The notes under the pieces: generated by a model
Told to the model about the DNA's origin: nothing
What the model saw: the letters and a program-made list of their open reading frames with translations, nothing else
Databases searched by the model: none
Made by a program: the position numbers and the translations under genes
Shown here: positions 16,728 through 25,076 of the stretch, in pieces
Layout of the letters: each line of letters opens with the position of its first letter
Position numbering within the stretch: position 1 is the stretch's first letter
Origin: Candidatus Saccharimonadota bacterium
GTDB taxonomy: Bacteria; Patescibacteriota; Microgenomatia; UBA1406; GWC2-37-13
Direction: 5' to 3'
Length of the DNA: 32,000 nucleotides
Assembly: GCA_001790095.1 (NCBI GenBank)
Contig: MGBH01000001.1
Location: 120,001-152,000, forward strand

Positions 16728-17494
16728 GAATTAATAGAAAAGAATTTTGGATAAGATCAAACGATAATAATCTATATTGTCTATTTGAACGACCAGACAA
16801 TCCAAAAAACATATTAATAATGCTTCTACATGGATTAACTAATTCGCATATTGATTGTCCTCTTATAAGTGAATCAGCAGAGTTATTTCATTCAAAAGGA
16901 TTTCCAACATTTCGATTTGATTATTATGGTAGTGGGAAAAGTGACGGTGAATTTAAAGATAAAACATGGAAGGTTATGGTTAAAAATACAAAGGATGTGT
17001 TGAAATATGCCAAAACCAAGTTAAACTACTCAAAGATTGGAATTTGGGGTAGAAGCTTAGGTGCAATACTAGGAGCGACGATATCTGACGATCCTTCAAT
17101 TATTGCTTCTGTATTTTTGTCTATGACCATACATACAAATTTAAGTTTTAGTCGTTTTTTTTCAAAAGAAAAATTAGTATCTTTACCGATAAAAGGTACA
17201 GCGGTAGTTAAAGGAGAACCAATTCTTGATAAAAGATTCTATGATGAGACCGAATATATTGATAGATTACAAGAAAAACACCTTTCAAAAGCGAGAAACA
17301 TACTTATAGTACAGGGAACAAAAGATAAAACTGTTTATGATCAAACTTGGGCTAAAGAAATATACGATATCGTCAATAAATCAAAAAAATTAATTTATAT
17401 AAAAGGCGCAGATCATGCATATACGAATCATGAAGTAAGAGTAATAAGAGAAGGTTTAAAATGGTTTGATAAATGTAGTAATAATTTAACCTAA
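16724..17494 (+). CDS. alpha/beta-fold hydrolase
   Basis: 256 aa. Nucleophile elbow GRSLG, later QGTKDKTV and GADHAY. ATGA overlap with the upstream gene. Confidence 0.8.
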   Translation: MRINRKEFWIRSNDNNLYCLFERPDNPKNILIMLLHGLTNSHIDCPLISESAELFHSKGFPTFRFDYYGSGKSDGEFKDKTWKVMVKNTKDVLKYAKTKLNYSKIGIWGRSLGAILGATISDDPSIIASVFLSMTIHTNLSFSRFFSKEKLVSLPIKGTAVVKGEPILDKRFYDETEYIDRLQEKHLSKARNILIVQGTKDKTVYDQTWAKEIYDIVNKSKKLIYIKGADHAYTNHEVRVIREGLKWFDKCSNNLT

Positions 17495-17500
17495 GTTAAA

Positions 17501-18427
17501 TTAATTTATTTTATTTATTGGTTTTCCTTTAAGAATAGATAAAACTGTTTCAGTTGCGATTTGACCACGATTTAGCTGAGTGCCTAATGTGTAGTATGCC
17601 TGTTCGGGAAAAACCATAATATTACCTTTAAAATCTGTAATTTTTTTATCATTACTTTCAAAAGCATATCCACCAAGTTTCTTTTGAAACACCATACTTA
17701 AGACGCACTCTTCGTCAAATACATGGACGTCTGAAGTGCTTATAATAATGGCGGTTTCTTTTAATTTAGATAATAATTTTTTATTTATAAATCCTTTTAA
17801 CTCAGGTGGGGTTGCCAAGGTATGAAAGATAATGTCTGACTTTTCAAATAAATTATCTAGGGATACGGATTTAAAGGAAGTTTCTTTTTTACTTCTATTC
17901 CAATAACTCACCTTTAATCCTAAACCTTTGCAAAATTCAGCAACTTTGGTACCAATTCTTCCAAGACCTAAAATACCTACGCGTAATCCTTTAAATTCTT
18001 CGTTTAAGAAACGGTCGTAATCCATCCTCCATTCATTTTTGACTATTAATGGGAGTTTCCTTAATAAAGAAAGCATCATAAAGATATTGAACTCAGCGAC
18101 TGCTTGAGTAGGTGTTCCAGGTATATTTGTGACAATTATTCCCATTTCCGCCAGTTTGTTGGTATTAATCCAACTAAATGAGGAAGTTGTCAGGCATAAA
18201 GCTTTTAAACCTTTCATTCTTTTGACTCTTTCAACAGGAAAAGCATTCCAATTGTCTTTTAAGTAGGTTGGATTAACAATGAGAATATACTTTTCTGGAG
18301 AAAATAAACCATCAATTTTTTCTAAATCAATATTATTTCCTTCAATAAATTCAATTTTATGACTCTTAAATTTCTTCAATTGCTCATTAGTAAAAAATCT
18401 TCTTGGAAAAATGATTTTAATATCCAT
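17501..18427 (-). CDS. D-isomer 2-hydroxyacid dehydrogenase-family protein (catalytic residues apparently substituted)
   Basis: 308 aa. NAD-binding GILGLGRIGTKVA is intact. STSDVHVFD aligns to the usual xSRGxLVD, and VFPEQAYYT aligns to TPHTAFYT. Confidence 0.8.
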   Translation of the reverse strand: MDIKIIFPRRFFTNEQLKKFKSHKIEFIEGNNIDLEKIDGLFSPEKYILIVNPTYLKDNWNAFPVERVKRMKGLKALCLTTSSFSWINTNKLAEMGIIVTNIPGTPTQAVAEFNIFMMLSLLRKLPLIVKNEWRMDYDRFLNEEFKGLRVGILGLGRIGTKVAEFCKGLGLKVSYWNRSKKETSFKSVSLDNLFEKSDIIFHTLATPPELKGFINKKLLSKLKETAIIISTSDVHVFDEECVLSMVFQKKLGGYAFESNDKKITDFKGNIMVFPEQAYYTLGTQLNRGQIATETVLSILKGKPINKIN

Positions 18428-18519
18428 ATAAAATAAATTATAACAAAAAATAGGTTGGGTTAAAAAAAGGTATAAACGACGAAGTTTATTTGAATGTTTT
18501 TAAGATCTAAAACCTGAAA

Positions 18520-18576
18520 GTCCAGAGCAATGGAGATTACTCGAACCTTCTACGTACTAATTTAGCATGGTAAATT
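18520..18576 (-). repeat. island repeat copy R1 (57 nt)
   Basis: GTCCAGAGCAATGGAGATTACTCGAACCTTCTACGTACTAATTTAGCATGGTAAATT. Ends 9 nt from the stop of 18585..19163. Confidence 0.8.
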
Positions 18577-18584
18577 TCCAATTT

Positions 18585-19163
18585 TTATGTAACAATTTCT
18601 GTTGTACTTAAATCCTCAAGTTTTGAGATGAGTTCCTTCTTGCTATACATGGATGTATCAATCTGTTTCTCTTGAAAAATTCTCAGTCCCTCTATAATCC
18701 TTCGTGCATAAATAGCTTGCTTCTTCCACAAATAGCGTATCCTTACCTCATTCGCTTCAAATGTTTTTGAATAAATAACTAACTGTGCAAAGAAAGGTGC
18801 CATATTGATAAAGATATTAGATATATCCTTGATATCAACACTATGTACTTGAGATGATAGAAAAAAAGATCTGATTATAACAGTAACCCTTCCTTCTTCT
18901 ATATTGATAGTGTTGGGAAAAAAATCGAAAGGGAATCTATGCGTCGATATTGAAGCGAGTATCCTATTAGATTTTTTAACTAATTCAGCAACTATACTCT
19001 TACTCGTTTCCATGTTTACCTCACTTATCTTTACTGCATTCATGTTTTCTTTCCTTGTTAATATCTCCACTTTTTTCGTCAATACATCCATTTCATGCTG
19101 CAATGGTGGATTGTTCGGTAATACCGCAACCTTCGTTGGTTGATTATTTATTTTTATTTTCAT
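18585..19163 (-). CDS. hypothetical protein, possibly bacterial PH (bPH_2)-like
   Basis: 192-aa ORF. The segment EEGRVTVIIRSFFLSSQVHSVDIKDISNIFINMAPFFAQLVIYS resembles YdbT-type PH domains by eye only. Confidence 0.5.
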   Translation of the reverse strand: MKIKINNQPTKVAVLPNNPPLQHEMDVLTKKVEILTRKENMNAVKISEVNMETSKSIVAELVKKSNRILASISTHRFPFDFFPNTINIEEGRVTVIIRSFFLSSQVHSVDIKDISNIFINMAPFFAQLVIYSKTFEANEVRIRYLWKKQAIYARRIIEGLRIFQEKQIDTSMYSKKELISKLEDLSTTEIVT

Positions 19164-19329
19164 ATTATGTCTTCATAATGGTTGATACAATTCCACTTCA
19201 CTAACGCATTGAAAAGCCCGAAGGTGCTCATTTAATGCATGATTTTTTTTCTATGGGTTAATTATGCAGGTATAGCAATTATTTTATTGAATTAGATATG
19301 GAAAATCTGGTTCTTCCATGTTTCTATAG

Positions 19330-19509
19330 TTATGTATTATTATCAACTTTATTTCTCAAATCTGCTTCAATTTCATTTGCTTTTCCACGAACTTTATCTA
19401 TCGTTCCCTTAATTTTTTGACCAGACTTAATCTCAACATCTCCTTTAATTTGCTGAGTCATTCCTTTCACCTTTTGTCCAGTTATATCTAACTTTGTTTT
19501 GAAACCCAT
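19330..19509 (-). CDS. CsbD-like small stress protein (59 aa, below the ORF-track cutoff)
   Basis: Hand translation: MGFKTKLDITGQKVKGMTQQIKGDVEIKSGQKIKGTIDKVRGKANEIEADLRNKVDNNT. Shows the KG-repeat pattern of the CsbD family. Confidence 0.6.
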   Translation of the reverse strand: MGFKTKLDITGQKVKGMTQQIKGDVEIKSGQKIKGTIDKVRGKANEIEADLRNKVDNNT

Positions 19510-19533
19510 ATATTTAAATCAAATTTGTTAAAA

Positions 19534-19680
19534 TTATATTCGAAAACCTAATAAACGAGTCACCAATACAATTAGTGCGATGACAAGTAGTATATGAATA
19601 AGTCCACCTCCGACCTTGAGCGAGAATCCTCCCAACCATGAAATAACCAATATTAAGATTACAATATCTAGAAGTCCCAT
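19534..19680 (-). CDS. lmo0937/DUF5670-family micro membrane protein (48 aa, below the ORF-track cutoff)
   Basis: Hand translation: MGLLDIVILILVISWLGGFSLKVGGGLIHILLVIALIVLVTRLLGFRI. SD-like GGTTGGTGA upstream. Confidence 0.6.
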   Translation of the reverse strand: MGLLDIVILILVISWLGGFSLKVGGGLIHILLVIALIVLVTRLLGFRI

Positions 19681-20120
19681 ATTATTTTCACCAACCTTTC
19701 ATAAAATTCAATTTATAAGTCTTCGTTATTTCTCTATTTCTAAAGGTATTGTACGAATAAAGCAGGTATTAAACAGTCATTCCGCTTTCTTTTATTACGT
19801 AATCCAACTCACACAAATTAAGTAAGAAAGAATAGACCGAATAGTTTTTCCTCCCATGGTGATTTTGAAATATCTTTCCCTTCTGGTTGCGTCAGTTTTT
19901 GATAAATAGCATTTACAAAATAGTAGAGTAAATGGACCAGGATTTTGTATTCAGTTTCTCCACTTTATTTGTTTCTGGAGAAATTATCGCTTTTAGAGCC
20001 CCTTTATTTACATGAAAATAAACATTTTCATATAGGTATTTCAACGGTATTTTACATGATTAAGAACAAAAAATAACAATAAAACAAGCAAAGGTAAAGC
20101 TTCATGCTCAGCAAATTAAT

Positions 20121-20149
20121 TTGAAAGTAATATACTTATAGTATATAAT
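20121..20149 (+). promoter_or_regulatory. near-consensus promoter TTGAAA-N17-TATAAT placed for a leaderless transcript of the 430-aa gene
   Basis: -35 at 20121..20126 and -10 at 20144..20149. The ATG at 20156 begins 7 nt after the -10 and there is no room for an SD. Confidence 0.55.
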
Positions 20150-20155
20150 TACAGG

Positions 20156-21448
20156 ATGGATAGTCAAGAACGAAAGACACCAAGTAGTTATGATTCAGCT
20201 TCAATATCAGGGTTGGATTTAACCACTAAGTATCCAAATGCAGTTACGCATTTTAAAGGTGGAGAGTTTAGATTTGCTCATGGTAATCCACGTGCGCACT
20301 TTGCGTGTATGACAATAGCCTTGGGAGGAACTGGTGAAGGCTATAGAGAATGGTATGATGGGCAAATCAGGGATTTTAACGCTTTGAGGGAGGAGTTAGG
20401 ACTACCCCGTGAGCTTTCATACTATCTTTCCCGACTTGCACGGCCCGTCTTTACCGAGGGTGGTGGTTTTGTAAGATTAAACATATTTGACATGTATAAG
20501 TTGTTATATCACGCACCAGCCGAATTTAAACACGAAATGGAAGCACGATTATTGGATACAGCCAGATTATCTAAGGCGTTAATAGGCAAGGGATGTGAAT
20601 TACCCCCTATTGGTGGAATTAGTCTTTCATGTGAAACGAGATATGGTTTTCAAGAGGGAACTGTAGATATAATATTTAGCGCTGACACTCCTCCTGAAGT
20701 AGAAGCAGCTGCTGATGTTGAAATAAAGATAAAAAAACCTAAAAAAGAACACCTCTCTTTTATACCTGAAAGGCATAAGGTGCGCAACTTAATCCCAAAG
20801 AGACTGCCCCTATGGGCTGTAAGGTTGGTACCAGAGGAAGGTGGCGATGGGAATGTGAGGATTGGGATACATGCAAGTCAAAGGATAGTGGAAGAAACCG
20901 GCACTATACCAATACGAGCAGCTCACATTTTAGCTGCATTTCCAAGAGACAAGGATAAGGACCTGGTAATACCAGGAGACAATACTTCAATGATAGAAAA
21001 TGTAAGAAAATTACTTCTAGCATTTGGTTCCTCAAAAAAAGGTTTAGATAGGGCTATTTTATCTGTAGCTAATTTAGATGAATCAATAGATCCAAAGGTT
21101 GTGCCGTATTTGTACATTCTAAGTGGAATTCCGGGAACGTATATTGTTAAACGTATTGAACAAGCTTTAAACGGATTTCCATTTGAAGAATTTACGTTAA
21201 TTTTGGCGATCCAAATGTTGCAAAAAATGGGGTACAAAAATCTATATGCAATAGGCAAACCCAACTCAGTTTTTAGTCGTTATTTAGATCCAATTGAAGC
21301 GTATCCCTATTCATTCGGTTTGTTTCATGCAGGCACTGCTCTTGGATTATCCGAGCAAGGAAGAGAAAGACTTTTTCAATGTGGATTTGCGCCGGTTGAA
21401 ATTTTGTTAGAGAGTCAAAAAACACCAATAAAAAAAGTATACAGATAA
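20156..21448 (+). CDS. 430-aa orphan protein, no family recognised
   Basis: Long ORF in an otherwise minus-strand block. The 5' two thirds are visibly more GC-rich than the surroundings. I found no motif I can name. Confidence 0.7.
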   Translation: MDSQERKTPSSYDSASISGLDLTTKYPNAVTHFKGGEFRFAHGNPRAHFACMTIALGGTGEGYREWYDGQIRDFNALREELGLPRELSYYLSRLARPVFTEGGGFVRLNIFDMYKLLYHAPAEFKHEMEARLLDTARLSKALIGKGCELPPIGGISLSCETRYGFQEGTVDIIFSADTPPEVEAAADVEIKIKKPKKEHLSFIPERHKVRNLIPKRLPLWAVRLVPEEGGDGNVRIGIHASQRIVEETGTIPIRAAHILAAFPRDKDKDLVIPGDNTSMIENVRKLLLAFGSSKKGLDRAILSVANLDESIDPKVVPYLYILSGIPGTYIVKRIEQALNGFPFEEFTLILAIQMLQKMGYKNLYAIGKPNSVFSRYLDPIEAYPYSFGLFHAGTALGLSEQGRERLFQCGFAPVEILLESQKTPIKKVYR

Positions 21449-21480
21449 TTCCTTTCGCCAATATCCTAAACAATAAATAT

Positions 21481-21536
21481 TCAGAGCGATGGAAAACGCT
21501 CTAACCTTCTACGTATAAATTTAGTATAGTAAATTT
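21481..21536 (-). repeat. island repeat copy R2
   Basis: TCAGAGCGATGGAAAACGCTCTAACCTTCTACGTATAAATTTAGTATAGTAAATTT. Contains the 6-bp hairpin AGAGCG/CGCTCT. Ends 5 nt from the stop of 21542..22783. Confidence 0.75.
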
Positions 21537-21541
21537 GATTA

Positions 21542-22783
21542 TTAACTCATTCTGTTTTTTATTTCTTCTTCCACTTGATCGATAGGTTTACCATATCTCA
21601 TTTGAGAATCATTTTTAAACTTAGTGAGATTAACAGTATTTTCTTGATTGTTCTCTTTGGTTGTATTAATTTTTTTTATTTCAGTAATACTTCCGTTTTC
21701 TAAGGTTTTCAAAATTGCATGAAATTTCTTGAGTTCTGATATAGTTTTTATATCAATACCTATTACCTGAGAAATATCTTCAATATCATCTTTTATTGAT
21801 CTAAACATCACAATTGTGCCAGATCTTAAAACCTCATATTTTAATAAGGAATTTATTTGTTTCGCTCGAGACGATAATATTGTAATTGCAAGATTGTATA
21901 GACCGCTATATCGCATTAAGTCTATAATTACTTGAGGATTCCATAACCCAACTTCGTCTATATATAAAGATATTTGAACTTTTGATGTTATTCGAATATT
22001 TCTGAATAAAGTTAATAATTTTGAGAACAGTAATGAACTTATAATTCTATTAGCTTCTTTATCGTAATAATATTCGCTAAAATCGAGTAAAATTGTTTTT
22101 TTATCCTGGATTAGTTGTTGAAAGTTAACTGTATCATCAGATTGACATACTATATTTCTTAATCTTTTGTCAGACACAAATCTACTAAATTTTGACACGA
22201 TGTAATCAAGCACTTCAGACTTATGAAAATCAGAGGTTTGGGTAATTTGTTTAGTCCAATAGTTTTTGACTATCGGATCAGTAATTTTTTCAACTAGTTT
22301 ATTTACATAAATACTGTCAGTAAGACATCTCAATAATTCAAGAAACGTTGGCTTTTTATCATAAAAAATGGTCATTATTGCATTTCTTACTGCATGATCA
22401 AATCGAGGACCAATAACACCCGTTCTTTGAGGATCGTAGAGATCATACATTAATTTGAGTACTACATTTGCGACCTCTTTTTTATCAAATTCGTTTTGTG
22501 CTTGAAATATATTTAAGCCAACAGGAAGTTTTTCATTCCACACATTTATGTAGACAATATTTTTAAGCGCTGCTTCAGACGCATTACTAATGATTCTATT
22601 GGATAAGTTTCCATAAGGATCGATGACGACTGATGGCTGCCTTGCTATAATATCCTGCATTATTAAATCAGAAAAATAATGAGTAATACCGTTTCCTGGA
22701 AGTCCAGTAATAAAGGTGTTTCTTAGTCTATCTAATGATGATAATTCAATAGCAGTTTTTTTATCAAGAAGAATGTTCGTCAT
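21542..22783 (-). CDS. HerA/FtsK-VirD4-like P-loop NTPase with degenerate Walker A
   Basis: 413 aa. ITGLPGNGITHYF occupies the Walker A position (Ile where Lys is expected), VVIDPYGN matches the DUF87/T4CP pattern, and Walker B-like SLYIDEVG is present. Confidence 0.7.
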   Translation of the reverse strand: MTNILLDKKTAIELSSLDRLRNTFITGLPGNGITHYFSDLIMQDIIARQPSVVIDPYGNLSNRIISNASEAALKNIVYINVWNEKLPVGLNIFQAQNEFDKKEVANVVLKLMYDLYDPQRTGVIGPRFDHAVRNAIMTIFYDKKPTFLELLRCLTDSIYVNKLVEKITDPIVKNYWTKQITQTSDFHKSEVLDYIVSKFSRFVSDKRLRNIVCQSDDTVNFQQLIQDKKTILLDFSEYYYDKEANRIISSLLFSKLLTLFRNIRITSKVQISLYIDEVGLWNPQVIIDLMRYSGLYNLAITILSSRAKQINSLLKYEVLRSGTIVMFRSIKDDIEDISQVIGIDIKTISELKKFHAILKTLENGSITEIKKINTTKENNQENTVNLTKFKNDSQMRYGKPIDQVEEEIKNRMS

Positions 22784-22923
22784 ACGTTTAAAAAGAACTG
22801 ATAATTTTCATTATATAAAATAAGAAGTTAACTATCTATTAGGTTCGAACCCTTGGTTTGAATTTATATAACAAGGAAACTTATTCAATTTACTTATTTG
22901 AGTTCATTCTTATTTTATTAAAT

Positions 22924-22970
22924 CTTCCCAAGTTAGAACCTTTTACGTTCAAGTTTAGTATGGTAAATTT
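22924..22970 (-). repeat. island repeat copy R3
   Basis: CTTCCCAAGTTAGAACCTTTTACGTTCAAGTTTAGTATGGTAAATTT. The last four codons (NLPY) and the stop of 22955..23998 lie inside the repeat. Confidence 0.75.
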
Positions 22971-23998
22971 CTTTTTAAGATTGTGACGATTCCTTTATCT
23001 GCGTTTACTTCAACTAAATCTCCATTTTGTAATACTTCTGACGCATTTTTTGTTCCTACAATACAGGGCTTTTTAAACTCTCTTGCAATGATTGCCGCAT
23101 GACAGGTAATTCCACCCTCATCAGTAATAATTGCAGCTGATTTCTTCATCACAGGGACAAAATCAGGCATTGTCATGGGCGAGACAAGAATTTCACCTTT
23201 TTTGAAATCATTCATATGCTTCAATGCCATAACTTTACGTACTAGTCCTTTAGCACATCCAAGAGAGGCAGCGTTTCCTTTAATATGTGTAATTTTTTTA
23301 GAAGAGTGAGATAAATTTAGTTTTATGTTATATTTTGATTCAACAAGCTCTAACTGCTCTGGTCGAAATAGTATTTCATTTGTGAATATAAATCCTTTTG
23401 CTCGGCGACGGAGTTCTTCTAAAGAGGGTATTTTATCTGATCGAATTTCTTCAATTGTTAAAACTTGAGAGTATTCGGCGACATTAGAGTAAATTTGTCT
23501 TAGAGACTCCCGGATTAAATTATCCAAATCATCCGTGAGTGTGACGGTTGATTTTTTTAATTCCAGTATTTGAGATACGTTAAGTCCTACCAGCTTTTCA
23601 AGGTCTGATTCTCCAATTTCCCACATAGGTAATAACCATCGGTATGCGCTTTGGAACAAATCTAAAAAAAGCAGTAGTTCTTCTTTATCTAATATTACCT
23701 TTTTGCTTAAATAGTTATTTATATATTCTAAATCAGAAATAACGTGTGATTTAATTTCTTGAATAAAGTTTTTGTCTTTTTTTACTTGATTTAATGTTGA
23801 ATTGCGAGACCAATTTAATCCATCTATGTCGTAATAACTTGTAACAGTATCATCGTGACGAATAAATACAACGTATGGAAAAGATTTATTTAATTGGTTA
23901 TTCCAAGGTTTGGGAGTTTTTGCTTCACCTTTATACCATATTTCCAGCCAAGGCATAGTAAATTCTCTTGTAAATATTTTTTCGTATAGTTTTTTCAT
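22955..23998 (-). CDS. PEP-utilising-enzyme mobile (swivel) domain protein, copy 2
   Basis: 347 aa. C-terminal GEILVSPMTMPDFVPVMKKSAAIITDEGGITCHAAIIAREFKKPCIVG. The N-terminal region is unrecognised. Confidence 0.85.
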   Translation of the reverse strand: MKKLYEKIFTREFTMPWLEIWYKGEAKTPKPWNNQLNKSFPYVVFIRHDDTVTSYYDIDGLNWSRNSTLNQVKKDKNFIQEIKSHVISDLEYINNYLSKKVILDKEELLLFLDLFQSAYRWLLPMWEIGESDLEKLVGLNVSQILELKKSTVTLTDDLDNLIRESLRQIYSNVAEYSQVLTIEEIRSDKIPSLEELRRRAKGFIFTNEILFRPEQLELVESKYNIKLNLSHSSKKITHIKGNAASLGCAKGLVRKVMALKHMNDFKKGEILVSPMTMPDFVPVMKKSAAIITDEGGITCHAAIIAREFKKPCIVGTKNASEVLQNGDLVEVNADKGIVTILKRNLPY

Positions 23999-24146
23999 TG
24001 AATTGAATTTGATTTATTAAGTTCATATTTAATACGAGTCATATTTGATACATTATATCAATTTGGTTCGAACCCTCCGTTTAAATCGTTTGGACAAGTA
24101 AAACAACTCTATTTTTTGTTTTAGTCTAGTCTTCTTGTTCAAAGTT

Positions 24147-24191
24147 TTCCCGAAGTTAGAACTTTTTTTAGATTGTTCTAAAAGGTTAAAG
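24147..24191 (-). repeat. degenerate island repeat copy R4
   Basis: TTCCCGAAGTTAGAACTTTTTT matches R3's TTCCCAAGTTAGAACCTTTT; the rest is decayed. Confidence 0.45.
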
Positions 24192-24206
24192 TAGTGCTTT
24201 AATTTT

Positions 24207-24236
24207 TCTTCTATCCTAAGTCAAGAGGGGAGGATT
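24207..24236 (-). repeat. near-exact duplicate of the tRNA-Tyr 3' end plus 3' flank (att-like)
   Basis: TATCCTAAGTCAAGAGGGGAGGATTC (24211..24236) versus TATCCTGAGTCCAGAGGGGAGGATTC (25988..26013): 24/26 identical, same orientation. Confidence 0.75.
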
Positions 24237-24340
24237 CACGTTCGTCACCTCGTTCCTCAGTACTAACTGCCAGTAATCCTCACTTCGTATCGGAAACTGG
24301 CAGTTGAGCGAACCTCTACGGTTCTCATCCTTAAAATGCA
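24237..24340. other. GC-rich structured island of unknown nature (candidate ncRNA or recombination-site remnant)
   Basis: Perfect 10-bp stem AACTGCCAGT/ACTGGCAGTT around a 21-nt loop. Local GC is clearly above the AT-rich intergenic background. Abuts a strong terminator. Confidence 0.35.
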
Positions 24341-24341
24341 T

Positions 24342-24373
24342 AAAAAAAGACAGCACTTCGGCTGTCTTTTTTT
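24342..24373. terminator. bidirectional intrinsic terminator
   Basis: A7-GACAGC-ACTTCG-GCTGTC-T7, a GC-rich stem flanked by A and T runs. Lies 55 nt downstream of the HAD gene stop. Confidence 0.75.
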
Positions 24374-24377
24374 ATGA

Positions 24378-24434
24378 GTCCAGAACAATGGAGAGTATCA
24401 GAACCTTTTATGCTCAAATTTAGTTCAATTAAAT
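24378..24434 (-). repeat. island repeat copy R5
   Basis: GTCCAGAACAATGGAGAGTATCAGAACCTTTTATGCTCAAATTTAGTTCAATTAAAT. Overlaps the stop of the HAD gene. Confidence 0.75.
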
Positions 24435-25025
24435 AAGGTTTTGTTCAAGGAGATATTTTTCAAGTTCCTTGGGAGTAGTAAATAGAATAGTATTGATTCC
24501 TGATAATTTTGCTGGCTCCAGCATTATCTGTTTATCGTCAATAAACACAGTCTGTTCTGGTTTTGCGTTGCTTTTATTGAGAGCAAATTCGTATATCTTT
24601 GGATTGGGTTTTCTGACACCCACTTCATGTGAAAAAATCCCTCCTTTGAATAGTTTGAGAAAATTAAACTTTTTATCAAGCGTATCAACACGTTCTTTTA
24701 CATTATCCGATAGATAGTAGAGGTTATACTTTTTGGAAAGCTTCGTAATAATCAGCTTAGTATCTGGGATTATCTCATATCCATCAATCCACTGTTTCTC
24801 AAGGATGTTTGCAGATTCTTTTAAATGAAGTCTTTCAATTACAAGTCTCCAAAACTCATCCCGAGTAATTTTTGATTCGCGATAAAAAGACCCTATTTCT
24901 CCATCAATAACCTCTTTTACTTCATTTTCAGGGATTCTATACGAAAGACTTAACTCTCTTATAAATTTCTTTGTTCCATTAGTAAATAAAACTCCACCAA
25001 GGTCGAATAAAAAAGTCGTAATCAT
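24429..25025 (-). CDS. HAD-superfamily hydrolase (subfamily IA, YihX-like DxG variant)
   Basis: 198 aa. Motif I FLFDLGGVLF, motif III K in VRKPNPKIY, motif IV FIDD. Confidence 0.9.
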   Translation of the reverse strand: MITTFLFDLGGVLFTNGTKKFIRELSLSYRIPENEVKEVIDGEIGSFYRESKITRDEFWRLVIERLHLKESANILEKQWIDGYEIIPDTKLIITKLSKKYNLYYLSDNVKERVDTLDKKFNFLKLFKGGIFSHEVGVRKPNPKIYEFALNKSNAKPEQTVFIDDKQIMLEPAKLSGINTILFTTPKELEKYLLEQNLI

Positions 25026-25076
25026 TAAATAAATTATATCAAGAAGGTTCGAACGTCGTTCATTCGTCTTGTCAAA

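Noticed and set aside
24213-24338. A 42-codon open frame on the minus strand (MHFKDENRRGSLNCQFPIRSEDYWQLVLRNEVTNVNPPLLT) inside the GC-rich island
   Set aside because: It starts directly on the terminator T-run with no SD and runs through the tRNA-derived duplicate. More likely it is open by chance in a structured non-coding element.
24237-24340. The GC-rich island as small SRP (4.5S) RNA
   Set aside because: A CGGAAA and a nearby GGCAG are present. However, the conserved GGAA-tetraloop helix with its flanking symmetric loop (..GGAAGCAGCC..) cannot be built from the sequence.
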